Part shown: piece by piece, positions 12,357 through 23,748 of the stretch
Layout of the letters: each line of letters opens with the position of its first letter
Numbering within the stretch: position 1 is the stretch's first letter
Source: Octopus sinensis
Lineage: Eukaryota
Direction: 5' to 3'
Assembly (NCBI RefSeq): GCF_006345805.1
Contig: NC_043004.1
Coordinates: 10,850,001 to 10,914,000 of the forward strand
Length of the DNA: 64,000 nt
Translations under genes and position numbers: made by a program
The notes under the pieces: model-generated
What the model was told of the DNA's origin: nothing
Seen by the model: only the letters and a program-made list of their open reading frames with translations
Database searches by the model: none

Positions 12357-13510
12357 TATGTCAGTAGAAAGCTCCGTGATGATAGTAACATCGATCATCA
12401 AAGCAGTTTATCATGGACCAATAGCCGGATTACGGCCTCTCACTTTGAAGGGTATGCATTTGCAATCCAGGAACAGGAAATATCAACCAAGGGATAGAGA
12501 GGCAGGAAAAGCCGTAAAATGTGACAGCTGATGCAGACTTTGTGGAGTTCACACTGAAGGTGTCATGCACATCGTAAGCAGTTGTCCGAAAACGTCATCA
12601 TGGTATTATCTACTGGTGAGACATGACGTAGACAGGGTACTCTATAATGAAATCCGTCGGAAGGATAATCCTGAGGACAAAGAAATATGAACCCACAATA
12701 TGGTAGAGGCAATAGTCACTCATAATAAAAAAAAAGGAATAGTGAAGAAATTACCAGTGAAGTCCTGAATAAAATGTAAGCACAACAGACCTGCTATAAT
12801 AATTTCGGATGGAGAAGAGAAACTGCACAGTTGTGAAAAGAAGCTGTCAAGCGGATACTAACATAAATATGAAGGCCAGTGAAAAAGAGAATACCTACGC
12901 TGAACTATTGAGAAATTTGCAGTTACTCTATCCAGATTACAAGTTCGGATTTATACCTGTAATTATTGGAGCACTGACATGAGAAATTAGGCTTCTCAAA
13001 ACCAGAAATCAGAAAGCTAATTAAAGACTACAGATTCAATCCTTCACTGTAACTTTAAAATTCTGTAAAACCAGAGGTTTCTCATGGAATTATATATGAG
13101 AATGTCTAGAAAAGCAACTATATGCAAAAGAATACATACATAAAACATACCTACCTATTTATTTTACTACCCTCAAGGGGCTAAACACAGAGGAGACAAA
13201 CAAGGACAGACACACGGATTAAGTCGATTACATCGACCCCAGTGCGTAACTGGTACTTAATTTATCGACCTCGAAAGGATGAAAGGCAAAGTCGACCTCG
13301 GCGGAATTTGAACTCAGAACGTAACGGCAGACGAACTACGGCTACGCATTTCTCCCGGCGTGCTAACGATTCTGCCAGCTCGCCACCTTCATAAAACATA
13401 CCTACCTACGTACATACGTACGTACATACATGCATACATACATACATACATACAAACAAAAATACCCCATTGGCAAGCAATCTTGAAATAAAACTGAATG
13501 ATTACATACA
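12357..13510 (+). mobile_element. 5'-truncated Dong/R4 copy, 3' UTR interrupted by SINE B
   Basis: SHFEGYAFAIQEQEISTK; CRLCGVHTEGVMHIVSSCPK; RNLQLLYPDYKFGFIPVIIGAL; 3' end GCAATCTTGAAATAAAACTGAATGATTACATACATAC; preceded by (CATA)n(TA)n. Confidence 0.85.
13158..13389 (-). mobile_element. Full-length SINE family B with 19-bp TSD
   Basis: Head GGTGGCGAGCTGGCAGAATCGTTAG, B-box GAGTTCAAATTCC; TSD CATAAAACATACCTACCTA at 13139-13157 and 13390-13408. Confidence 0.95.
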
Positions 13511-13610
13511 TACACACATATATCCTCTGTGTGTGTGCATATATATATATATATATTATATATATATATATAATATATATATATATACATACATACATAC
13601 GTACATAGTT

Positions 13611-13818
13611 CGTTTACTGCTTTATTCTATTACTTGTTTCAGTCATTTGACTACCGCCATGCTGGAGCACCGCCTTTAGTCGAACAGATCGGCCTCAGAA
13701 CTTATTCTTTGTAAGCGTAGTACTTATTCCATCAGTCTCTTTTGCCGAACCGCTAAGTTACGCGGACGTATAAACACCAACGTCAGTAGTTAAGCGATGA
13801 TGAGGGGACAAACACGAA

Positions 13819-13858
<40 letters not shown>

Positions 13859-14030
13859 TATATATATACGACAGGCTTCCTTCAGTTTCCGTCTGCCTTT
13901 TCCCTCGTAAGTCTTTGGTCGGCCCGAGGCTATATTAGAAGACACTTGCCCAAGGTGCCACACCGTGGGACTGAACCCGGTAACATGTGGTTGGTAAGCA
14001 AGCTACGAAACACACAGCCACTCCTGCGCC
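13611..14030 (-). mobile_element. SINE family A
   Basis: Head GGCGCAGGAGTGGCTGTGTG...GGTTCAGTCCCAC, internal microsatellite 13819-13868, tail GGCGGTGCTCCAGCATGGCGG...GACTGAAACAAGT. Confidence 0.9.
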
Positions 14031-14351
14031 TATACGCGTATATATTTTTTAAATACTTTTCTCGCTGTATTGCGTGTTCGTTTCTTTTTTTGCAACTATT
14101 ATTTTTTTACAGATCTTCTATATAAATGAAGCTACATCTCTGAATGTTTGCTCTTCTTTACGCGAAATCAGAAGATATATTCCGAAACTCTTATTTTAAC
14201 GAGTTGTATCTATTTACCACCCTAGGAGACATACCTGCACTGTGGGATACTCCTGAACAAGATGTTAATTACTCCACTCGTGAAGGGTGGGTGCGAGATG
14301 CGTCAAAACAATTGTGGTGATTAATAAAAATTTAACATATATATATGTGTT

Positions 14352-14441
<90 letters not shown>

Positions 14442-14613
14442 CATATACATATACTTATATCTATACATATATACATATATCTATAGGTGTGTGTATATAT
14501 GTGTATATATGTGTGTGTATTTTATTATATATATATATATATATATATATGCCTGTTTGAGTGTGTGTGTGTATCTGTACATATATGTATACATATAGAA
14601 GTATATACATATA

Positions 14614-14780
14614 GGCGTAGGAGTGCCTCTGTGGTAAGTAGCTTGCTTACGAACCACATGGTTCCGGGTTCAGTCCCACTGCGTGGCACCTTGGGCTAGT
14701 GTCTTCTACTATAGCCTCGAGCCGACCAAAGCTTTGTGAGTGGATTTGGTAGACAGAAACTGAAGCCCGTCGTATGTATG

Positions 14781-14859
<79 letters not shown>

Positions 14860-15135
14860 TATATATATATGTAAATATATGTAAGTAAATATATATATAT
14901 ATATATGTATGTATGTGTGTGTACTTGTTTGTATGTCTGTGTTTGTCCCCAACATCGCTTGGCAACCGATGGTGGTGTGTTTACGTCCCCGTAACTTAGC
15001 GGTTCGGCAAAGAGACCGACATAATAAGTACTAAGCTTACAAAGAATAAGTCCTGAGGTCGATTTTCTCGACTAAAAGGCGGTGCTCCAACATGGCCACA
15101 GTCAAGTGATTGCAACAAGGAAAATAGTAAAAGAG
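14614..15135 (+). mobile_element. SINE family A with expanded internal (TA)n
   Basis: Complete head, internal microsatellite ~14773-14935, complete tail. Confidence 0.9.
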
Positions 15136-16133
15136 TATATAAACTTACATACATACCTACAGACACATATATCCTGTATGTCGAGGATTTTGGTTGCTAA
15201 TCTGAAGGTCTTCCCGAAAAAAAGACAATGTATTAAATCATTAGTCGCTCCTTTCTCAGTTTCAATAAAATATTGATGTATAAACAAACAGTACATCATA
15301 TATTGACTACTGTGGTGTTTTTGATTGGTCTACTAAAATCATGATTCAGACAATGCGACATTTAATTACATTGTTACGACGAGATTTGAACTAAGAGGAA
15401 ATAGTAGCACTTGGCGACGATTGCTCCGACATGTAATATCTAAATGTTAATCCCGTATTTAATTGTAGCATTTCGTTTAACAGCTCAAGTCTAAGTAAAA
15501 TCTAAGTCTCGTGGTAATAGAGTAAGCTATAAACAAAATCATTTATGTCATCTGTCAAATAAAAAGTTTCTTGAGTGTATACGTCTTGTAAAACTTATAT
15601 ACAATTCTTCAAATATATATGTCACGTAAAATGTATATACACTTCATCAAGTTGATATAGTTGTTTATCCCAACGCCTGCACTGACAGTAGATCATGGTT
15701 CAAAGATTTACAGTGAAGCAATATACATAATGTAAAGTTAGGTATAATTGTCTAAGAAAATCGGTTATTTATGTGAGATTTGGCTGCTTTTCCTAAGAAA
15801 TTGAATGACGTCGAAGAGAGTCACATGTAATCTCAACGTTATACTGAGCGTATACCCTATACAAAAGGTCAGACACTGTACAAGAACTTGAGAATGAATG
15901 AAACTGAAAATAGGGGATAATGAAAAGAATGCATGGACAATTTCATGAAATTATTTGCAATGATTGACTCTGTGCCTTATCTATTGTCATTGCAAAGGAG
16001 AGTTTGATAGGAAATTGAAGCCACTTAAACATGTAGATTGTATCGAAGGGAATGAGGAACATTTGAGTTATAGGAACATCTTGACCAGCAGCCGGTCTAT
16101 TCAATTCTATTGGCCCTCTGTCTAATTAGGTCT

Positions 16134-16560
16134 TTTAAGGTACACACACATACGTAGAAAATGTGAGGTCATGGTAGAAAAATTTTACAATAGTTGATTT
16201 ATGGAAAAGATTAAAAAGAAAATTAGGGCAAAAAGCACTGATTTTTTCACAATGAAAAATCGTTTCCTAGTAGCCGGAATTTCGTGACAAAATGTATGTT
16301 TATTAAGCACAACAGCCTGCATTGCATGCCGCGGGGCATTAAAAGCCAATCGCACAAACCTAGAGGGGTTCTGGGCCCCCTTGAATCGATTAAAAATCAC
16401 TCTTTTTGCCATAGCGACCACATCTTTATAGCTTGCGAATTTTAACCATCGCGGGTCTCATCCTCACCACGCATTTAGTATCCCTGTCAATTTTCAGCTC
16501 GATCTCAGCCCCTGTTTGGGCGCCATTAACCGTCAAAACAAAATGTGCATACAATTTTCG
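16134..16560. mobile_element. Unclassified DNA-transposon-like repeat (possibly Kolobok-type, TTAA-GG start)
   Basis: Start TTTTAAGGTACACA...TAGAAAATGTGA...TAGTTGATTTATGGAAAAGATT recurs at ~18334-18420; subterminal-like AATTTTCAGCTCGATC; matching right terminus not found. Confidence 0.35.
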
Positions 16561-17011
16561 TCCAAGGACTGTTTTATAGATATAGTTGATGACTCTGCGC
16601 CACGTAGGAAAAATTGTTGTTGTGTTCCGTTTAATACAGTAGTGTAAAATGATATTACAATGCTATTCTTCAGAAACTACACCATATGCTTATATATCGC
16701 ACAGTTGATGTGTTGCTGTAAACGATATATTTGTATTGTGTTCATTATGAACTAAATTATGAGTTAACATATGGTACAGCTTAAGTGACTCTTATTTAAA
16801 TGCAGAACAAAAATGTTATTTGTTGAAATTAGTATCTCACTGAACCGTCTGAAGAACAAGCATGCGAGACAACATAGAACATCTGCCGCTTCCATAATTC
16901 TTGTGCATCTTGCATTATAATGAATTTATTGTGAAACAGAGGGGAGGGGTGAAGTTACTAGTATCCATTATATGGTTGTATATGCGCATATAAGCGAATG
17001 ATTGCATATAC

Positions 17012-17083
<72 letters not shown>

Positions 17084-17296
17084 CCATATGTTCATGCTTA
17101 TATCACACGCGCACACACACACACAGATATACATATATATCCATATGTTCATGAATATATCACATATATAAATATATATATACATGATGTGTATATACAT
17201 ATTCATATATGTATAATTATCTTTGCGTATATATTATGTAAATACATAAATATCTATGTATAAATATGCACACACACATACATCCACACATGCATG

Positions 17297-17333
<37 letters not shown>

Positions 17334-17923
17334 GTGTACGTATACATATATGCATATATATGCCTATATATATATAATGTATGCATATATATATATATAT
17401 ATACGCACACACACCAAGAGAATTATCTATGGCTATGCAAGGTGCAGCGTTTTTTGAAAAGTCATCAACAACATAGCCACGTACTTATTAACAGAACTCT
17501 GTAGTCTACATATATCAAATTAGTAAAACGTGTGCCGATATGTGTAAGCAATTACTTCTATGACTGTAGGAGGATGATAAGGTGGAAGATGCGTTGTAAC
17601 ATGTTAAAGCACATTAAACAATTAGCTAAATTCATCTTGGATGTGGATTTTGAAATTTACTTGCAGACAAAAGGAAAACGACCCTAAACACACAATGAAA
17701 TATAAATGTTATGATAATGGCTTCTAGAAAAGGAAAAATATTTGTGAAATGGAAAAATAATTTAACAGGAACGACACCGACGTGAGTAGTTCGATGCATA
17801 AAATTTGAAAAAGAATCTCGCATAGCATATAAACTTACACATATATATGCACACGCACTCATGTGTGAGTTACTTTGATTCTAAGTGTTAGATTCTATTC
17901 ACACATACCCACAGACACGCACT

Positions 17924-17974
<51 letters not shown>

Positions 17975-18545
17975 ACACACACACACACACACAAACGTAC
18001 ACATACAAACACGCACAAACATACATACACACATATACAGTGTGCAATGAGTAAATTATCACCATTTTATATTTTTAATTTCGTGTATGTTTTTTTTTTA
18101 TCTTGTTCACTACATAGTATAACAGAGTCAGTTGGGCACTGTCTGTGAGTAAATTAGCACCATGACGCCATTCGTTCTGCCAGAAATTTGGAAACGACAT
18201 GCAATACTGCTTGCCATTCGCGCCGGCGGCTCCAATACGACGTGTGTTAGGGTTAGAGAAATGGACGTCTGTGTGCGTACACGTGCGTGATAGAGTGAGT
18301 GAGTGAAGGTGTGTGTCGTGATGATTGATGTATTTTAAGGTACACAGACATATAGAAAATGTGACGTCACCGTCGTCACCGTATAAAATGTTTACGATAG
18401 TTGATTTATGGAAAAGATTGTAATGTTAAATTTTTGAAATGCAAATATGTGAATGGAAATTAAGTTTAATTTGTAGCCAAAATAGTACAGAATCTTTTGA
18501 TACCCCATACATCAAGATCGGTAACTTGGTTTGGGAATGCTTAAA

Positions 18546-18603
<58 letters not shown>

Positions 18604-18659
18604 GGACAGACTTCTTTCAAACTGAGAGTATTATCTCACATTACAATACTGAAATAGTG

Positions 18660-19010
18660 TAAGAGATAACAGATTGCTCTGGGCTCGCATTAGGCCAGAA
18701 GTTGGAATTTTTTGGTCCATGGCACTGTATGGACCTTGAATTTTGTATTTGATGACTGTTGTTTTAAGTATTATATTTCGATTTTCACTGACGTAGTGGT
18801 AAGAAGAACAGGCTGCGGAACAGTAGTTTCGAATAGAAATAAAAATGGCAGTTTTAATCATCCGATAGACAAGCAAAGATTACAAAACTTTAAAACTGAC
18901 AATTTTGAAAATCTTTTTAGATGTATCCATGTTTAAAATTTCAGCGCGATCGGATGAACAATACTCGACTTATAAGCACACAGACAGACAGAACGGGATT
19001 TATATATTAT
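18660..19010 (+). mobile_element. Possible non-autonomous Helitron-like element end
   Basis: AAATTTCAGCGCGATCGGATGAAC...ACAGACAGACAGAAC...TTTATATAT resembles ends of microsatellite-bearing non-autonomous Helitrons; no coding support. Confidence 0.3.
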
Positions 19011-19257
19011 ATGCATGTATGTATGTATGTATGTATGTATGTATGTATGTATGTATGTATGTATGTATGTATGTATGTATGTATATAATGGTATGCTAAC
19101 TTTATGACATTTTGCCAGTTAGTTCAGAGCTCGTCAGTTGGCTCCGCATTTACTAATCATACTCTGTACAGTGTGAATGCAAACGTCAACATTAAAGGTA
19201 GGCAATATTGCCGTGTGCGATCCACATGATATAAAATTAAACTACGTGATACCTATA

Positions 19258-19472
19258 GGCGGCGAGTTGGCAGAAACGTAAGCACGTCGGGCGAAATGCT
19301 TGGCGGTATTTCGTCTGCTGTTACGTTGTGAGTTCAAATTCCGCCGAGGTCGACTTTGCCTTTCATCCTTTCGGGGTCGATAAATTAAGGGGTCGATGTA
19401 ATCGACTTAATCCGTGTGTCTGTCCTTGTTTGTCCCCTCTGTGTTTAGCTCTTTGTGGGTAGTAAAGAAATA
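19258..19472 (+). mobile_element. SINE family B (tail type B1)
   Basis: GGCGGCGAGTTGGCAGAAACG...GAGTTCAAATTCCGCCGAGGTCGACTTTGCC...TTGTCCCCTCTGTGTTTAG...GTAAAGAAATA. Confidence 0.9.
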
Positions 19473-20609
19473 GGTATAGTTTGCCCTCGTCCAACGATTT
19501 CTGTTTTATTTCCTTTTTTATTTAATATTTGTCAACCAAGAAAGGTAGAAATTTGAAAATAATCCTGATTTTATGAAATCAAAATCAAAAATCAAAATGA
19601 ATTTTACACAAGGCCTCTTAATAGACAGAAGAGAGGATAATCGATTGAATCTGTGCAGAAAATATGACTGTTATCTATTCTATCGTGGTTCACACCCCTC
19701 GTCACTGTTGAGTATATAGGTAGACGGAACATGAAATTTCTACAACATTTGATACAACCCACTGTCAATATTAAGTTATTGTACACACCTAGAAGAACAA
19801 GCTTCTTTGCCACTCACCAAAATGAATGGAACTTTGGGCAGGAGGAATTTTGATGTCACATCTGCAAAATTTGATATGACGCACGGGATTAATATTAATA
19901 TAGTTTTTTAAAATATTAAAAATAAGCGTATGTATGGAGTAAATAAACAACAATCAAAATATTAACATAAAGAAGGGCAACAACTGCATGAATGGTGTTG
20001 ATGTTGACGATGACTGTAAGTTGGTGGGAGTTAGAGGGTTACACAAAAATGTCTTTGCGACATTGGTAAATTGAGACTATGTAAGTGAAAACTCGAGTGA
20101 TTTCGCTGACGAGATTTCACACTAGAATGTAAAATGTTTTTCTTTAAATCTGAAAAAAAAAAAGAAAAACGAAAGTTAAGAAAAAAATTCCCCAAATGCA
20201 AAAAACAAATACACATGTTCAGAGACTGCATATAAGAAGCACTGACACACACACACACACACCACACACACGCACTTCAGCTAAACGCTGAGGAATTGAA
20301 TGTATTTTGAAGAAATGAAAGGAATGATGTAAATATTTGCGAGAACTTATAAACATACGGATACACATGAGCATATATTTCAAACAGTTACACATACAAC
20401 GCGCGTACATACGAACACATACATAAATACAAGTATACATACACACACACGTGTGTGTATATATGTGTTTGTGTGTATATATGTGTGTGTATTTGTGCGT
20501 GTATGCGTGTATGTAGCGGTTGTATATAATTTCTTCTATAACAGGGAATACAGCCCAAAATATAAGTGGATGTACGCAATGCGTGAAGCAGATTCGTAAT
20601 ATTTCCAAT

Positions 20610-21124
20610 TACCGTAAAGCCTCGAGTATAGTCCGCCCTTAAGTAATATACGCAGGGGACTTTTATGGGGCTGTACCTCTGAAAGACCTAAACCTTGTGT
20701 ATAATACGCACCCCTTCTCTAACTTGGGTCGTGCGTAATTAAGCTAGCAGCACCTAGTCGAACAAACACTTCCGCGCATGCATAATACAATAATACTGAT
20801 ATTCTTAACTGTTATATGGAAATGTAAATATGTTTGCAAATTGTTTTTGTTACATGTTATTCTGTGTTCTGAATACTTTTATTTTAATAAATGTTGCTTA
20901 CTGCAAGTTATGGATGATTCTTCTATGACTTCATTGCTTTCAGGTTTAGCTTAAGGTATTTTCGTGCCCGACATCACAAAATGCGTCTGAATAGACATTG
21001 CCGGACAGCAAATAGAGACTCGGACATTGTTTAGAAAATATTTTTCATTTTATAGTACGCACTAGGGATTTTGACCTTTAAATTTTGGGGAAAAAATTCG
21101 GATTATACTCGATGATTTACGGTA
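20610..21124 (+). mobile_element. Tc2/pogo-type MITE
   Basis: TA-flanked TIRs CCGTAAAGCCTCGAGTATAGTCCG and CGGATTATACTCGATGATTTACGG; inverted sister copy at 55736-56261. Confidence 0.85.
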
Positions 21125-21600
21125 ATAAATTAACGACTCTTTCACGACTAAATCTCTTTCTCTCTCTTTAAGAATTTGTCTCAGAGTATATGAATAATGC
21201 ACAATTTTGGTGAATTTTTATAGCTCCTTTTTTTTCAGAAACAACTTGATGAACAGTCAATGGCGATGTAAAGAATAAAGATTAAACTGTTATTGAGAAA
21301 ACGTTGGTTAACTTGGAGAACTGGACGCCATATGAATATTGAAAAGGAAACAAGTATCAACCTGCCAATGCCATGAATCTTGCTCAATGCTTTGTGAATA
21401 CTATAAAGCCTGTAAGACGTGGCATGGACAGCTGCAACGGAAAATATGAAGCTGCGGCCTACTAAAAGAGACACAGACGACGTTTTGATTGCGTCTGTAT
21501 ACCGAAATTTATCCAACAACTAATGAACAGGATTTAGACTAAACACACACGGTTCTGGTGGAGACTGTGGTTAATCCAGTGCTAGAAAGGCTTGTTGTCA

Positions 21601-21816
21601 AGGCGGCGAGCTGGCAGAAACTTTAGCACGCCGGGCGAAATGCGTAGCCGTATTTCGTCTGCCGTTACGTTCTGAGTTCAAATTCCGCCGAGGCCGGCTT
21701 TGCCTTTCATACTATCGGGGTCGATTAAATAAGTACTAGTTACGCACTGGGGTCGATGTGATCGACTTAATCCGCTTGTCTGTCCTTGTTTTTCCTCTCT
21801 GTATTTAGCTCCTTGT
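21601..21816 (+). mobile_element. SINE family B (tail B1, end truncated)
   Basis: Consensus head and body. Confidence 0.9.
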
Positions 21817-22111
21817 GTTTAGCATCTTTTTCTACCCTAGCTTTAATTTGCTCAGCAACTTAAATGTTGTGTGAGGTGGAGAAACAAATTTTGTAATTTG
21901 CAGTTAAGTTTTGCTTATTAGCTCCTCGTGTTCTATAAATTTTTACTTATACTTAGGTACGTGCACTCATAAATATATATATATACATATATATATAGTA
22001 GTTTTGTAGTAGTAGAATCAGAACTATTAAACGTTAAATACTTGACAAATCTAATATATGAGACCATAAGGCATAAAATTGTTCGAATTTATAATTAAAT
22101 CTACATATTCA

Positions 22112-22249
22112 TAATTTTCTCTCCTTGTCTCCTTCTGTGTCCCTTTCTGTGGAAAAGCGTGGGCTCGAAACATTAAAGACGTTTTCACTTCCCGAGCGTT
22201 ATTCTAATACATCTGTTTTTGTCTTTTGTTTTTCTTTTGTGAATTCTCC

Positions 22250-22250
<1 letters not shown>
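22112..22250 (+). mobile_element. Penelope-type terminal-repeat fragment
   Basis: CTTTCTGTGGAAAAGCGTGGGCTCGAAACATTAAAG; same family on minus strand at ~39670-39815 and ~47512-47640. Confidence 0.55.
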
Positions 22251-22294
<44 letters not shown>

Positions 22295-22301
<7 letters not shown>

Positions 22302-22566
22302 ATCAGGTGACCGACCAGACCGCCAGATGTTGTTACACATCGCTGGTCACAATGCATTCGCATTGTTTTAGCCTTCGAATGACGCCACCCCGCTGGCTAA
22401 GCGAGCAGGCCAATAGACGAAAGAGTGAGAGAAAGAGTGGTGAAAGAGTACAGCAGGGATCACCACCCCCTGCCGGAGCATCGTGGAGCTTTTAGGTGTT
22501 TTCGCTGGGAATCGAAACCGCGATCCTACGACCGCGAGTCCGCTGCCCTAACCACTGGAGCATCGC
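22295..22566 (-). mobile_element. SINE family C (tRNA-Arg-like head, RTE-type tail)
   Basis: Head CCAGTGGTTAGGGCAGCGGACTCGCGGTCGTAGGATCGCGGTTTCGATTCCC; tail TGTGACCAGCGATG...CTGGTCGGTCACCTGATCACGTGA. Confidence 0.85.
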
Positions 22567-22600
22567 TTATAGTCGAACAAATCGACCCGAAGTCGTATTC

Positions 22601-22676
<76 letters not shown>

Positions 22677-23348
22677 TATATACATATATAAATATTTATA
22701 TATATATATAATATATATATATATAATATATATATATATATAATATATATATATATACATATATATATACACAAGCGTCTTTAAAAATCAGTATTAATTA
22801 ATAATCATTACATATTCAGCGACATGAATATATTTCGCAAAAAAACATTAATTACATACACGTATGCATTCATTCATTCATTCGAATAAATTGCTGCCAT
22901 TCATAAAATAAATAGGTCCTTACATAATGAGTACACATATTCATACACACATACATAAATTACTGCAGCATAAATCCTGAGCACGAATACACATTAGTAC
23001 ACATAAATACACATTAGTAAGACATCATGTATAAATTATGAGACTTTTCCATCTTGCTTGTTTCACATGCCTGCATACACATCATCAAGACATGTGTTGT
23101 TATCTCGAGAACACCATAACTAGCAAAAATAAATCCGTACACACATGTACTTACGATATTTTCTGTCTGTGTTATTGTCTCTGTCACTCTCTTTCACTCT
23201 GTCTTTTTCACATACATGAACATATTTGAATGCATACATGCATACCTACAAATATATGTATGTGAAAATATACAGATGAAACCGATTTCATACGTTATAC
23301 GCATAAAGTCACTATAATTAGTATATGCAAATATCAAGAGATCTATCA

Positions 23349-23448
<100 letters not shown>

Positions 23449-23679
23449 GCTGTCTGTCTATAGATATATTTATATAACTTACTCTGTATATTATATATAC
23501 ATATATAAATATTTATATATATATATATTATATATATATACATACATACACATATACATACGTATCTATGTACATGTATACATGCATTATATATCTATAT
23601 GTATGGATGTATGTATGTATGTATGCATGTATATATATATACGTGTGTATGTGTGTGTAGATATATATATATGTATATA

Positions 23680-23748
<69 letters not shown>

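Noticed and set aside
18246-18256. TTAGGGTTAG telomere-like motif
   Set aside because: Fewer than two units; not an interstitial telomeric array.
21235-21519. 94-aa minus ORF and a plus-strand 29-nt exon-like segment (21239-21267)
   Set aside because: The acceptor is good but the donor (GAT|GTAAAG) is mediocre; the ORF has no recognisable motif.
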